This document shows positions 43,788-52,913 of a stretch of DNA of 64,000 nucleotides, piece after piece. The notes below the pieces were generated by a model, which was given only the letters and a program-made list of their open reading frames with translations, was not told where the DNA came from and searched no databases. Positions within the stretch are counted from its first letter, which is position 1, and each line of letters starts with the position of its first letter. Origin of the DNA: Escherichia phage HermannAdler_Bas98; sequence record PQ850608.1. One strand, given 5' to 3'. A program made the position numbers and the translations under genes.

Positions 43788-44051
43788 ATGGGCGCTTTCC
43801 GTAACGAGTTCATCTGGAACGTTACCAGCAATCTCTCGACCTGCCCTAACTGTGCAAGCGATGTTATCAAGGTGCGGCAACATCGCAACGCGGAGGAAGG
43901 TGCCTGGGAAGATGGCGACCTTGTAGAGTGCCAGTGCTGCTCTCATGAAGGAGTTGTTGAGCTTCAAGCTGGTGAAGGTTGCCCACCAGCAGAGCGCACA
44001 GCACGCGTTGAATGGGATGCGACAGACTCCATTGGTGATCCTCAACAGTAA
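43788..44051 (+). CDS. hypothetical zinc-ribbon protein
   Basis: CPNC ... CQCC pairs. ATG 43788 is preferred over the overlapping track start 43707. Confidence 0.45.
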   Translation: MGAFRNEFIWNVTSNLSTCPNCASDVIKVRQHRNAEEGAWEDGDLVECQCCSHEGVVELQAGEGCPPAERTARVEWDATDSIGDPQQ

Positions 44052-44069
44052 ATTTAGGTATAGATACTT

Positions 44070-44174
44070 ATGAAAGCCGTAAAGAAATACACATTAATCA
44101 TTTCCCTTGTTATCATCCTGGGGCTATTATATGTATTGGATATGGCATATTATTTGGCAGGGGTGAGTAAATGA
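44070..44174 (+). CDS. small hypothetical membrane peptide (34 aa)
   Basis: Read by hand. Hydrophobic core LIISLVIILGLLYVL. ATGA overlap with the next gene. Confidence 0.3.
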   Translation: MKAVKKYTLIISLVIILGLLYVLDMAYYLAGVSK

Positions 44175-44461
44175 ATATTGTAATTCTTTATGGTGAAAAT
44201 ATCAGCGATGACGACATCGAAGTTGCCGTTGATGTTTACGGTATCGATGAGGTGAAACGTGTTGAAGAAATTAGTGGCGCAAATCTCAATGAGATTGTCA
44301 AAGAAGCTGGCTGTCCTTCGGAAGAGATTCTGGTGGTTACTAACGATGACCTGTCTTCTATGGATCATTTGCGCCGCATCTTCACCGATTGCCAATACCT
44401 TCATGCTGTTCAATCAGTAAACAAATTGAGAAAGGCATACGCTGACCAATTTCCTTGCTGA
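44171..44461 (+). CDS. hypothetical protein
   Basis: 96 aa. Followed by terminator 44513-44537. Confidence 0.5.
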   Translation: MNIVILYGENISDDDIEVAVDVYGIDEVKRVEEISGANLNEIVKEAGCPSEEILVVTNDDLSSMDHLRRIFTDCQYLHAVQSVNKLRKAYADQFPC

Positions 44462-44512
44462 TAGTTCACCAGTTATATTGCTTTAAATTGAGTTTTACTA
44501 TATTAATATACA

Positions 44513-44537
44513 ACGCCAGATTTCTGGCGTTTATTTA
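44513..44537 (+). terminator. intrinsic terminator
   Basis: ACGCCAG-attt-CTGGCGT followed by TTATTT. Confidence 0.65.
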
Positions 44538-44597
44538 CCGCACCCTGAAAGGATATATCCATGCAACAATATAACAAAGCCGTATCAGGAGGATTAA

Positions 44598-46268
44598 ATG
44601 TCAATTAATAATGACAATCTTCCAGAGGATACAGGTGATGAATTTGGTGCAATCTTTGACGAAATTCAAGATGCAGGCGTTTCGGAAGAAATGCAGGCAG
44701 CAGAGCAGCAAGGCACCAGAGCTAAAATCAGCCTTCAACACAAAGCCGTTGAAAAAGATTCAGAGCGCATGGAATGCTACGGTGAAGAAGACTTGGTTGA
44801 AAGAGCACGCTTGCTCGCCTCACTTCAGGTAATCAAGTTCCCTCACTACAAGCCTACCAAAGATGACTTCGTTCTACAGGCAGACCGGACGAGTGACATG
44901 AACCGTTATGCGGTTTTCGACGCGTTGTTTGATAAGGGAAGTGGCGTTGTTCCATTCCCTCACAAAGATACTTTTCGTGGGCGCTTAGTCGACCATCGCG
45001 GCGAAACTTTCACCGACCGGACGTTGGAAGTCACAGAGATAGTTGCCGCTGTCGACGCAGCAGGTCTGTCCAACCCAAACTCACGTCAGGTAGCTCAATC
45101 CTATAAGGAATGGGCTATGCGTTATCAGCGTGACGACCTGATGGACTTCTTCTACAAGAAGCTGCCTGAATGGGACGGTACTGCGCGCATTGAGAAATAC
45201 CTTATCGAGCTATTCCGACCGTTCGATACAGAGTTAAACCGACAAATCGGTGTGTATTTTTGGCTATCGCTCTACAACCGACTGACCAACCCTGGCTGTC
45301 AAGCGCCAATCTCCATCGCGCTCATCGGCGGCCAGAACGCAGGGAAGAGTTATTTTAGCAAGCTACTTTGCGAAGCTATTATGAACGACCGCCACGCAAC
45401 ACCGATTCCGTTGAACTTAGCCGCGCAGAACTTCAACCCGTTCTTGCGAGCTATTACGGGTCGCTCAATTATCGCGAACGTCGGCGAGATGACAGGCTTT
45501 AAAAAGGCCGACATCGAAAACATGAAAGCATTCCTGACTAAGACGGAAGATGACCTGGACTTCAAATTTGAAGATACTCAGGTTAAACCACGCCAGTGGA
45601 TTGCTATCATGGACGGCAACGAATACGCAGGCATGCAGCGTGATGACACGGGCAACCGTCGTGTGTATCCTATCTTTGTTGGCCAACTCGCTGACAAGGA
45701 CGGGCAACCGAACTGGTCGAAAGATTTCCAAGCTGACCTTTCCACTTTGAAAGAAGACGTTTGGCAGTTGATGGCTGAGTGCGCTGCATGGATGGAGAAG
45801 CACGGCGAAGCAGGCTATAACGCGTTTGTTGGTGAAACATCTCGCATGCTTACTGAGTTCAGTAAAAACGAAATGGAACGTGCACGCGGCGTTATTCGTG
45901 ATGAGATGGTTGACAACGACCTTGTTGAAGTCGTCATCACCGCGCCTTATGACCGACATCACAGCGGACGCTGGCACATCACCAGTGGTGCTATTGCTAT
46001 GGGATTCAGAGCGAAGTGCGGCAAGTCGCCTTTCTCTCGTACCCTTGCGCCGCACATGTCGAAGCTTGGTTTTGAGCCTGCGACCTATCGCAACCAGCGC
46101 GGTTACTTTACGCCGCTGATTAAGAATGAAGCAGGGGAATACATTTCCGACTTGATGACCATCTTAGCGTATCTTATCCGTGATGAGTCTGACCCTGAAG
46201 ATATTGAATTCTTGAAGAAGGTTATCGAGCGTAAACGTTCTTTGGGAAGAGATAAGGATGAATTCTGA
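44598..46268 (+). CDS. VirE-like P-loop NTPase (primase-associated helicase candidate)
   Basis: AGGAGG SD. Walker A GGQNAGKSYF and DDTGNRRVYPIFV resemble the virulence-associated protein E / D5-type family. Confidence 0.65.
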   Translation: MSINNDNLPEDTGDEFGAIFDEIQDAGVSEEMQAAEQQGTRAKISLQHKAVEKDSERMECYGEEDLVERARLLASLQVIKFPHYKPTKDDFVLQADRTSDMNRYAVFDALFDKGSGVVPFPHKDTFRGRLVDHRGETFTDRTLEVTEIVAAVDAAGLSNPNSRQVAQSYKEWAMRYQRDDLMDFFYKKLPEWDGTARIEKYLIELFRPFDTELNRQIGVYFWLSLYNRLTNPGCQAPISIALIGGQNAGKSYFSKLLCEAIMNDRHATPIPLNLAAQNFNPFLRAITGRSIIANVGEMTGFKKADIENMKAFLTKTEDDLDFKFEDTQVKPRQWIAIMDGNEYAGMQRDDTGNRRVYPIFVGQLADKDGQPNWSKDFQADLSTLKEDVWQLMAECAAWMEKHGEAGYNAFVGETSRMLTEFSKNEMERARGVIRDEMVDNDLVEVVITAPYDRHHSGRWHITSGAIAMGFRAKCGKSPFSRTLAPHMSKLGFEPATYRNQRGYFTPLIKNEAGEYISDLMTILAYLIRDESDPEDIEFLKKVIERKRSLGRDKDEF

Positions 46269-46915
46269 TGAATAAAGCAATCAACATCGCTAAATTCTTT
46301 CAACATCTTGGTGAACTGAACAAAGAAAGTGACGTTCACGGCGAAGAAATGAACCGGATGATCTCAACCGTGTTGCGTGGCTTTGGTTATGATAAGGACT
46401 CAATCACTTGCAAGCGTACAAAGCTTGTTGATGAGTCTTATCTTTACTACGTAGAGCTGCGCATCGGGAAAGATGTGATGATCATTGACCCTAAACTGGA
46501 AGGGGCGCACTGTTTTGGCGCTCACCCTCGTGCGAGTGAATTCAAGGGGCGCGGTCGCAACCGAATCCAGAAGCTTGATGACGCAGGCGACTTGAACATT
46601 GCAATGTTCCTTAAAGAGTTCCTTGCGCTACCGAAGGTTGCATCATCCACTGGCCGTGATGACCCTTGCAAGATTGGATTCAGAACTAAAGATTTGCGCA
46701 ATGCGCTACGCAAGAAGGGATTTGTGCCTTCTTATGACAACGTCGCCGCGCTGATGGCTTCAATGGAGGAAGCTGAAGCAATGGATAAAGTGCGCGGCTA
46801 TTTCCTGAATACAGGCTTCACCATGTATGAATGGCACACGAAGGGATTGACTGTCGCCGACTTCATCTATTCATTAGAGCAGAAGTATGTACGCAATATG
46901 CAGGCCACAGGATAA
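46268..46915 (+). CDS. hypothetical protein
   Basis: 215 aa. TGATG overlap with the upstream gene. Confidence 0.5.
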   Translation: MNKAINIAKFFQHLGELNKESDVHGEEMNRMISTVLRGFGYDKDSITCKRTKLVDESYLYYVELRIGKDVMIIDPKLEGAHCFGAHPRASEFKGRGRNRIQKLDDAGDLNIAMFLKEFLALPKVASSTGRDDPCKIGFRTKDLRNALRKKGFVPSYDNVAALMASMEEAEAMDKVRGYFLNTGFTMYEWHTKGLTVADFIYSLEQKYVRNMQATG

Positions 46916-46954
46916 TTATCATCAAAATATTTGCTTTTCTGACGAGGTGATATT

Positions 46955-47179
46955 ATGATTAATTTAGACAGGATTGAGTTAGCACTTAGTACCTTAATCA
47001 AATATTACCAGTTTGCTTTTAAGGCTAGTTTGTTTGGCTTGTTCAATCCTCATCAAGCAGCAAAGGCGCGAAGCAATGCCAACCGCCTGCGCTGCACTGG
47101 TATAGTTATCCACGACCGGATATTGACAGAGGGTAGATTCAGCCATGAATACACAAGGGAGAATAACAAAGCAACGTAG
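46955..47179 (+). CDS. hypothetical protein
   Basis: 74 aa. GAGGTG SD. Confidence 0.4.
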   Translation: MINLDRIELALSTLIKYYQFAFKASLFGLFNPHQAAKARSNANRLRCTGIVIHDRILTEGRFSHEYTRENNKAT

Positions 47180-47354
47180 GGCTTTACAAGTCCTCATCCA
47201 CTACCTGTCACGCCTTTATCCAACGGCGCACGAGCAGAATCCAGCAACTGGTCATCTGTTTAAGCGCCGTAACCTTTCGCTAAAAACATTCGCTTTAATC
47301 CAACATGACCGCTACCTGGACGGGCGCTATTGCGGCCCGAAGGATTCTCTATGA
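47145..47354 (+). CDS. hypothetical basic protein
   Basis: 69 aa. Overlaps both neighbours. Confidence 0.35.
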   Translation: MNTQGRITKQRRALQVLIHYLSRLYPTAHEQNPATGHLFKRRNLSLKTFALIQHDRYLDGRYCGPKDSL

Positions 47355-47629
47355 TTACTACATACAAAGTATTCTTCGTCAAGTGCACATCATCTATTGA
47401 TGACCAATTTACTGCTGGCAAGAATTATCCCGTGATTTCTGAGTCAAAGCTAGATATAATCTTGAACGATCATGAAATCTATGAGCCGATGCCAGCGACT
47501 GCGTTTGATGTTATCGGTCACGTTCGGATTAAGACGAATGTTGAAACGATGCATGATCCGTTGTTCAAGAAGCAAATTAAGAATGCCATGCAAGACTTTT
47601 GCGCGGCTATGTTTAAATATTATAAGTGA
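47351..47629 (+). CDS. hypothetical protein
   Basis: ATGA overlap start at 47351, preferred over the track start 47330. Confidence 0.45.
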   Translation: MITTYKVFFVKCTSSIDDQFTAGKNYPVISESKLDIILNDHEIYEPMPATAFDVIGHVRIKTNVETMHDPLFKKQIKNAMQDFCAAMFKYYK

Positions 47630-47636
47630 GTTGAAG

Positions 47637-47858
47637 ATGAGCAAGAAAACCCTTAAGGCTGGCGACCGTATCCGTTGGGTATCAGGACAGCACATGCGTG
47701 CAGGCACCATCCTTGAGCTGGACGAATACCTTACCGATTCGCGCGGTCGTAATCACTACCGTGTAAGAATCGATACAGTAAAAGAAGATGACAAGTCGCT
47801 GGTTGGTGAAGTCGTCATTGTAACTCCACGTCAAATAAAGGCGGCTTGTGAAGCATGA
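47637..47858 (+). CDS. hypothetical protein
   Basis: 73 aa starting MSKKTLKAGDRIRW. The track ORF's upstream extension overlaps the previous gene. Confidence 0.45.
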   Translation: MSKKTLKAGDRIRWVSGQHMRAGTILELDEYLTDSRGRNHYRVRIDTVKEDDKSLVGEVVIVTPRQIKAACEA

Positions 47859-48010
47859 ATAAATATCAATTTAACGATAATAAAATCAGTAAGGCAGACG
47901 CAATCAAGCAGCTTCGCCGCGTACTTGAAGCCAGCGGCCATACGAAAGAGCGCGCACGCGTCCTAGCCAAAGAACATTATAAACGTTTTGTGTCACAAAT
48001 CAGAGGTTAA
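47855..48010 (+). CDS. small hypothetical protein (51 aa)
   Basis: Read by hand. ATGA overlap. Fills the gap before 48013. Confidence 0.35.
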   Translation: MNKYQFNDNKISKADAIKQLRRVLEASGHTKERARVLAKEHYKRFVSQIRG

Positions 48011-48012
48011 TT

Positions 48013-48507
48013 ATGATCATCCATCGCCCTTTAATGTTAAACAAAGAAGAGTGTGAAGAAATTTTACACGCATTGAGACGTGCAGAAGCAGATGTTAACC
48101 TTCGTGTAAGGGTAAGAGACTTCATCATGAAGGAGTTTGAAAGTGATGATGTTGACTATGCCATTGATGAATTGCTGAAGCGCAACGTCAAGGGTGCAAC
48201 AAGACCTATTCACCATCAATCACGTTGCGTACAAGTTCCTATTCAAACTTATGTTGATAAAAAGCCGCGCCTTAAGCCTGTTCCGGCTGATAAGATAGAA
48301 GTTGGTGACGTTATTGTTTGCGTATATTACGGCAGTCAGATTTTCAATGCTGTTGTGGTAAGGCGATACAGCATAAACGGTTGCCAATACATGGAAGTGA
48401 CAAACACAAAGAAAGAACCTGGCAGCTTGAACGTGGCTTACGCATTAAGTGAATGCAGCAGTCCTTCTTGCACTCTTTATAAGGTACTCGACCATGGCTC
48501 ATGTTAA
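48013..48507 (+). CDS. hypothetical protein
   Basis: 164-aa ORF. Confidence 0.5.
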   Translation: MIIHRPLMLNKEECEEILHALRRAEADVNLRVRVRDFIMKEFESDDVDYAIDELLKRNVKGATRPIHHQSRCVQVPIQTYVDKKPRLKPVPADKIEVGDVIVCVYYGSQIFNAVVVRRYSINGCQYMEVTNTKKEPGSLNVAYALSECSSPSCTLYKVLDHGSC

Positions 48508-48841
48508 AGACGAAGTGCTTTTTGGCGCAGAGATTAAGAAACGTGTCAGAGAAATGGCAGGAGAAGAAAGAATGAAGCCGTTGCGAAAAGGTTTTGATCA
48601 CATCAATGGCGTATCCGGCACGAAGGAGATGGGCGTGTTGGTAAAAGACATTCGCATTGGCGATGTCATGGTCATCGACCGACAAGCGCGCGTCGTTATC
48701 CAGGTGCAACCGAACGATGATGAAGGTTGTGTTCTATTGAAGCTGAAGAAGCTTTCATCCAGCCCAGCGAAGGCCGTCATCAAGAAGGTATGGCCCGAAG
48801 GATTACGCAAACTCATTCGTCGACCCGTGGAGAATGTTTAA
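48494..48841 (+). CDS. hypothetical protein
   Basis: ATG 48494 (MAHVKDEV...) is preferred over the track start 48449. Confidence 0.45.
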   Translation: MAHVKDEVLFGAEIKKRVREMAGEERMKPLRKGFDHINGVSGTKEMGVLVKDIRIGDVMVIDRQARVVIQVQPNDDEGCVLLKLKKLSSSPAKAVIKKVWPEGLRKLIRRPVENV

Positions 48842-49077
48842 TGGAAGATTATATTAACGCGATGTATATGGCATTCTATGTCGTGCAAATTCCCAATGGC
48901 GCGGTATTCTATGGCGAGTATACCTTTGACGTTCAATATGACGTTTCAGAGCGTACAGTGTTAACAAGGGAGCTAATCGCGGACCTTAAGGACGACATCA
49001 AGCGCGTCGCGCGGCAGCAGTTCAATTTAGATGACACCGTAATCGTTCGCATTACCGGAATAACAGAGGTGCAGTGA
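48841..49077 (+). CDS. hypothetical protein
   Basis: TAATG junction at 48841. 78 aa. Confidence 0.45.
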   Translation: MEDYINAMYMAFYVVQIPNGAVFYGEYTFDVQYDVSERTVLTRELIADLKDDIKRVARQQFNLDDTVIVRITGITEVQ

Positions 49078-49406
49078 TGACCCGTGATCAGATACTCGCC
49101 GCGCATGAGCGTGGGTTGATAAAGGAAGTGTGGAAGAAGGCCAATGCCTTTGCTGATTCTTATTACTTCTTAAAGAAGTGCATAAAAGAAAATGCAAGAA
49201 TGGGCAATACAGTATTGACTTTTAATCTTCTTTCTTATGGCGAAAAGCTTAATGCAATATATGCTTGTCGACTAGCCAGCATGAAGTTCGATAGAGGAAA
49301 TGACGGAGAGTTGACCATCTATCGATTCTCCCACAGGACGGGAGATACAAAGATAACAAGGACGCGTGACCAGATAGAGATTGACTTACTCCACTATGCA
49401 AAATGA
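49074..49406 (+). CDS. hypothetical protein
   Basis: 110 aa. ATGA overlap. Followed by the terminator-promoter cassette. Confidence 0.5.
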   Translation: MMTRDQILAAHERGLIKEVWKKANAFADSYYFLKKCIKENARMGNTVLTFNLLSYGEKLNAIYACRLASMKFDRGNDGELTIYRFSHRTGDTKITRTRDQIEIDLLHYAK

Positions 49407-49413
49407 ATATCAA

Positions 49414-49459
49414 AAAGGTGAGCTAAATGCTTGCCTTTTCTTTTATCAATACTTATACT
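49414..49459 (+). promoter_or_regulatory. terminator-promoter cassette, copy 1
   Basis: Hairpin AAAGGUGAGC-UAAAU-GCUUGCCUUU (two G-U pairs) plus a U-run. Its 3' arm supplies the -35 TTGCCT (49431-49436), then a 17-bp spacer and TATACT (49454-49459). Confidence 0.6.
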
Positions 49460-49491
49460 CTTTTCATCAAGACGAACAAGTGAGGTGAATT

Positions 49492-49809
49492 ATGATTTAC
49501 TTAGGAATGGACGAAGATGCGCACAAAGACCTTTCAAGGGTGCCAAACGTTAAGTTAGACACAGCCGTACACATCAAGCCTTGGCCAATCGTCCACCCAA
49601 ACGTAGTTGTACCAGTCGCGCCTGGCACGCGTTACGTGGCCATTGATGACGACGGAGTCATTCACTGTTATTCGGAAAAACCAAAGTACATAGAGCAATA
49701 TCACGGTTGGTTCTTGGATGAGCGTGCAATGGCGCGTTACTGCGGCGAAGTCGGTCTGGAAGGCTGGGGATTCAAGGCTAGTGAATCGTGTGTCGAGGTG
49801 CAATTATGA
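49492..49809 (+). CDS. hypothetical protein
   Basis: 105 aa. GAGGTG SD. First gene after promoter 49431-49459. Confidence 0.5.
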   Translation: MIYLGMDEDAHKDLSRVPNVKLDTAVHIKPWPIVHPNVVVPVAPGTRYVAIDDDGVIHCYSEKPKYIEQYHGWFLDERAMARYCGEVGLEGWGFKASESCVEVQL

Positions 49810-50024
49810 ATGCCGCGCTGGGTAAGCTGTCTTTCAACAAGCGTAATGAGCTGAGAATGGTGTCGCGCTTTCAACAAACATATTCATCACTAATAAAGAT
49901 TACAAATAAGGCCGACTCTCGTGTTTGCTCTAAAGAAGAATGGGAAGAATTGAACGAGCGTCGTAAACAATTACAACATGCCGCATTCAAGCTGCAGCAA
50001 TATGCTATGGAGTATGCAAAATGA
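49806..50024 (+). CDS. hypothetical protein
   Basis: 72 aa. ATGA overlap. Confidence 0.45.
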   Translation: MNAALGKLSFNKRNELRMVSRFQQTYSSLIKITNKADSRVCSKEEWEELNERRKQLQHAAFKLQQYAMEYAK

Positions 50025-50305
50025 AGATGCAAAGATGTCCCCATTGCTTGTCCACGATGCAGCTTACTGCTGAAGAATATTTACATCACGTTAACGTTTG
50101 TGAGGCTAATCCTGAAAACTCGACGCGTTACTATTATCATTATCACGCAGAAGCGGAAGATGGATCAGGCGCAACAGGCATCGTCACCACTAAAGAAATG
50201 GTGATAACTAAAAAGGCATATGAAAGCTTGCTGGAGACGATTAAAGAAGTTTCTGGCAAAGAAATCACCTGTATTAAATCTTTATCTTTCTTGCACGAGG
50301 TATAA
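50021..50305 (+). CDS. CCHC zinc-finger protein, paralog A
   Basis: MKMQRCPHCLSTMQLTAEEYLHHVNVCEANPENS parallels the N-terminus of the next gene. Confidence 0.5.
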   Translation: MKMQRCPHCLSTMQLTAEEYLHHVNVCEANPENSTRYYYHYHAEAEDGSGATGIVTTKEMVITKKAYESLLETIKEVSGKEITCIKSLSFLHEV

Positions 50306-50306
50306 A

Positions 50307-50690
50307 ATGAGAATGAAGCGTTGCCCTTACTGCCACGATGTGATGCATCTTCCACACGAAGAGTTTGTGCAGCACATGACTAACTGTGATAAGAATCCTA
50401 ATAGCGAAAGCCAACTTGAAGAAAGAATGTTTCTTGTGTCATTCAAAGCTTCTGCTTATGAAGTGCAACGGGCTTACGGCGCACCAAGTACGATTTACTG
50501 TCCAACAACATTGAGAAGCGACATCGACTCAATTCAGCTTGCGGCCTGGATTAACGTTAAGGAAGGCATCACGCCGCACTTTATTGCGCGCATCCAATCT
50601 CAGATTCTACAAATGAAGCGCGAATACAACCGTGACATCACTGAAGTGAAGGTGCTGTCTATCACGCCGATGAATAAGGAGTTGCCGTGA
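50307..50690 (+). CDS. CCHC zinc-finger protein, paralog B
   Basis: MRMKRCPYCHDVMHLPHEEFVQHMTNCDKNPNSE. ATG 50307 is preferred over the track start 50220. Confidence 0.5.
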   Translation: MRMKRCPYCHDVMHLPHEEFVQHMTNCDKNPNSESQLEERMFLVSFKASAYEVQRAYGAPSTIYCPTTLRSDIDSIQLAAWINVKEGITPHFIARIQSQILQMKREYNRDITEVKVLSITPMNKELP

Positions 50691-50947
50691 ACAAGGGTCC
50701 GATGACTAAGTTAGCCGTTGCCGCGCGGAAGCTTCGACAAGCCGTTAATGGGTCGCGGCCCGTGGCGTTAACACTCGACGATGCAAAGGCACTGGTAGAG
50801 CTACTCGACGAGCACAACCGACGCAAGAATCTGGAGAACACATTACGCTGGCGCGTTACTCCGAAAGGGCGGGAGAGCGAAAAGAAAGCTTACTTGCGGC
50901 GCAAACTAAGGTCGGTCGGCCTTCACGAAGAGGCGAAGAATATTTAA
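50687..50947 (+). CDS. hypothetical basic protein
   Basis: 86 aa. GTG start in a GTGA overlap, with an alternative ATG at 50702. Confidence 0.4.
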   Translation: MNKGPMTKLAVAARKLRQAVNGSRPVALTLDDAKALVELLDEHNRRKNLENTLRWRVTPKGRESEKKAYLRRKLRSVGLHEEAKNI

Positions 50948-50952
50948 TTCAA

Positions 50953-50997
50953 AAAGGTGAGCTAAATGCTTGCCTTTTTATTTGCCTGTATTATACT
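50953..50997 (+). promoter_or_regulatory. terminator-promoter cassette, copy 2
   Basis: The 29-nt block TCAAAAAGGTGAGCTAAATGCTTGCCTTT is the same as at 49410. -35 TTGCCT at 50970-50975, 16-bp spacer, TATACT at 50992-50997. Confidence 0.6.
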
Positions 50998-51025
50998 TAG
51001 TTCATCAAGCAAAGGAGAAATGATT

Positions 51026-51328
51026 ATGAGTTACGACGAAAGGTTTGGCAGAAGCGGATTATTTCATGACGCTGTACACAAAGACAGCAAAGATGTTGTC
51101 TGCGCATTCAAGGTTGATTCTTACGGTACGCTGAAACCATTTAAGGTCGGCGAAACATACAAGCTGTTTCACGGATGGTTGACGCGTCGCAACAACTTGC
51201 CTGACATGGAAGTCTGGTGGATAGAATACAAGGGTCAGGCTCATCGTTGCAAGGTTGTAGAGGTGCGCGGCGTGGAATACTATCAATCTGTTATCAGCGG
51301 CTTTGTTTTTAAAGAGGGTGAGCTATGA
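51026..51328 (+). CDS. hypothetical protein
   Basis: AAAGGAG SD at 51011-51017. ATG 51026 has better spacing than ATG 51020. The track start 50966 lies inside a terminator hairpin. Confidence 0.45.
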   Translation: MSYDERFGRSGLFHDAVHKDSKDVVCAFKVDSYGTLKPFKVGETYKLFHGWLTRRNNLPDMEVWWIEYKGQAHRCKVVEVRGVEYYQSVISGFVFKEGEL

Positions 51329-51510
51329 GTACCGAAGTCCACAACGCATCAGCCTTGGTCAGCTTTTACCGTAACAAAGGCGTGTCACTCGTTAAAACGC
51401 CGCAAGGCATGCTGTTCTTTGGCACGCGCTTCCTTAAGGCTTCGGAGCGTGAAACGCTGTCCAAGTTCGACCAGAAAACATTACACGCAGTTTGGAGAAG
51501 ACAACCATGA
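51325..51510 (+). CDS. hypothetical protein
   Basis: 61 aa. ATGA overlap. Confidence 0.4.
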   Translation: MSTEVHNASALVSFYRNKGVSLVKTPQGMLFFGTRFLKASERETLSKFDQKTLHAVWRRQP

Positions 51511-51743
51511 CATCCAACCTTAAGGCCCGTTTATTATTCATCAAGCCGCATGTGCCGTATAAGATTAGTAAGCGCACCTGGCTTAACATTTACAACCGCA
51601 GCGGCGACCGTTGTTTGTACAAGGCGAAGCGGCGCAAGAAGGTATATTTAAAGGCTGTGATGTCGCAGCCAGTCGATGCATTCATCGTCGGCGAAAATGA
51701 ATTATCAATCGGCTATCAAATTGAACTCGGAGTAAAGAAATGA
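51507..51743 (+). CDS. hypothetical basic protein
   Basis: ATGA overlap start at 51507. Confidence 0.4.
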   Translation: MTSNLKARLLFIKPHVPYKISKRTWLNIYNRSGDRCLYKAKRRKKVYLKAVMSQPVDAFIVGENELSIGYQIELGVKK

Positions 51744-52243
51744 AAATCGAACAACTCGAAGCAGTATTGGAAATGGCTGTTAAAGCAGGCGCAATCAAAA
51801 GCTGGCATCGCGAGAAGTCGGATGACGCCGCGCACTTTTGTCGCAACTTCTATATCGTTGGCAACCTTAATGACCACTACACCATCGAGTGGTATACTAA
51901 TATGATGACGCTTAAGTCGCGCACCATGGAGCTTTGGTGCAATGACATTTGCTTATCCAACACTCATCCATCCTACGACGTGGCATTGGCATTCTATTAC
52001 GGAAGTCATCAACCAGTAGCCCACATTGGTGAGAAGCACGAACACCTGAAGGCGGGACCAGAAGATTCAATGGAAGGTTGGATTGAATGGTCTGGCGGCA
52101 AGAATCCGGTGCCTGGTAAAAAGGTCATGTTGATGTGGAGGAATGGCGCAAAGTCATCATACGCTTTCAATTCAAAAGGATACATATGGACTCACGACGG
52201 AAGCACCCATGACATCATTGCTTATCGCGTCGTGGAGGAATAA
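51740..52243 (+). CDS. hypothetical protein with C-terminal GGxNPVPGK...AYRVV domain
   Basis: C-terminus WIEWSGGKNPVPGKKVMLMW ... DIIAYRVVEE is paralogous to the C-terminus of 53125-53550. Confidence 0.5.
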   Translation: MKIEQLEAVLEMAVKAGAIKSWHREKSDDAAHFCRNFYIVGNLNDHYTIEWYTNMMTLKSRTMELWCNDICLSNTHPSYDVALAFYYGSHQPVAHIGEKHEHLKAGPEDSMEGWIEWSGGKNPVPGKKVMLMWRNGAKSSYAFNSKGYIWTHDGSTHDIIAYRVVEE

Positions 52244-52584
52244 TGGAAGAGCAAGAAGGCCGTGAGCTAACGTTCGATGAACAGATGGCCGAACTTCAGC
52301 GCACATCGCCGCTGCGCGGTAAGGTTGTTGACATCGAGGCAAGCGAATCCAACCTCACCCAGTGGCGGCTCATGTGCACCAGCGCAGGCAAAGAGTTGTC
52401 AAGCTTCAAAGTCGGTCAGTCTTATTTGCTTTATGAGGCAAAAGGACTTATTATTGATGGAAGGCAAATCGTCTTCACTGTAGTCAGCGGAATGCGTTGG
52501 TTCGTGAAGCGTGATGTCGAGGGTCGTGACATGTTTGTCGCAGGCTTTCCAGAAACAAGATTCCAATTGGAGAAGGTTAAATGA
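52243..52584 (+). CDS. hypothetical protein
   Basis: 113 aa. TAATG junction. Confidence 0.45.
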   Translation: MEEQEGRELTFDEQMAELQRTSPLRGKVVDIEASESNLTQWRLMCTSAGKELSSFKVGQSYLLYEAKGLIIDGRQIVFTVVSGMRWFVKRDVEGRDMFVAGFPETRFQLEKVK

Positions 52585-52913
52585 AATTGAAATGGTATGT
52601 GGACCCTGAGCCGACAGGCTCATACAGGTCATTCCAACGTCGCGGCTGGCCGATTTGTTACAGCGGCAATCCCGATAAAGAAGACTGCGAGGTGCTTGCC
52701 GCGATAGTAAGTCTTAATCATGACGGCTATGAAGGCCACTACGCGAGAGCAACCAACCTTCGTCTCAAGGTGCGCATCCATTTCAAGGTCGCAGGCGAGG
52801 ACCGCACCGGACTCTCCAAGGAAGAGTTCAGCAGCATTGCCGAAGCAAAGGCATGGCTCAAGGCGTTCTACAAGAACAATCCTAAATTTTATCCAACTAA
52901 GGGTGCATTATGA
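52581..52913 (+). CDS. hypothetical protein
   Basis: 110 aa. ATGA overlap. Confidence 0.45.
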   Translation: MKLKWYVDPEPTGSYRSFQRRGWPICYSGNPDKEDCEVLAAIVSLNHDGYEGHYARATNLRLKVRIHFKVAGEDRTGLSKEEFSSIAEAKAWLKAFYKNNPKFYPTKGAL

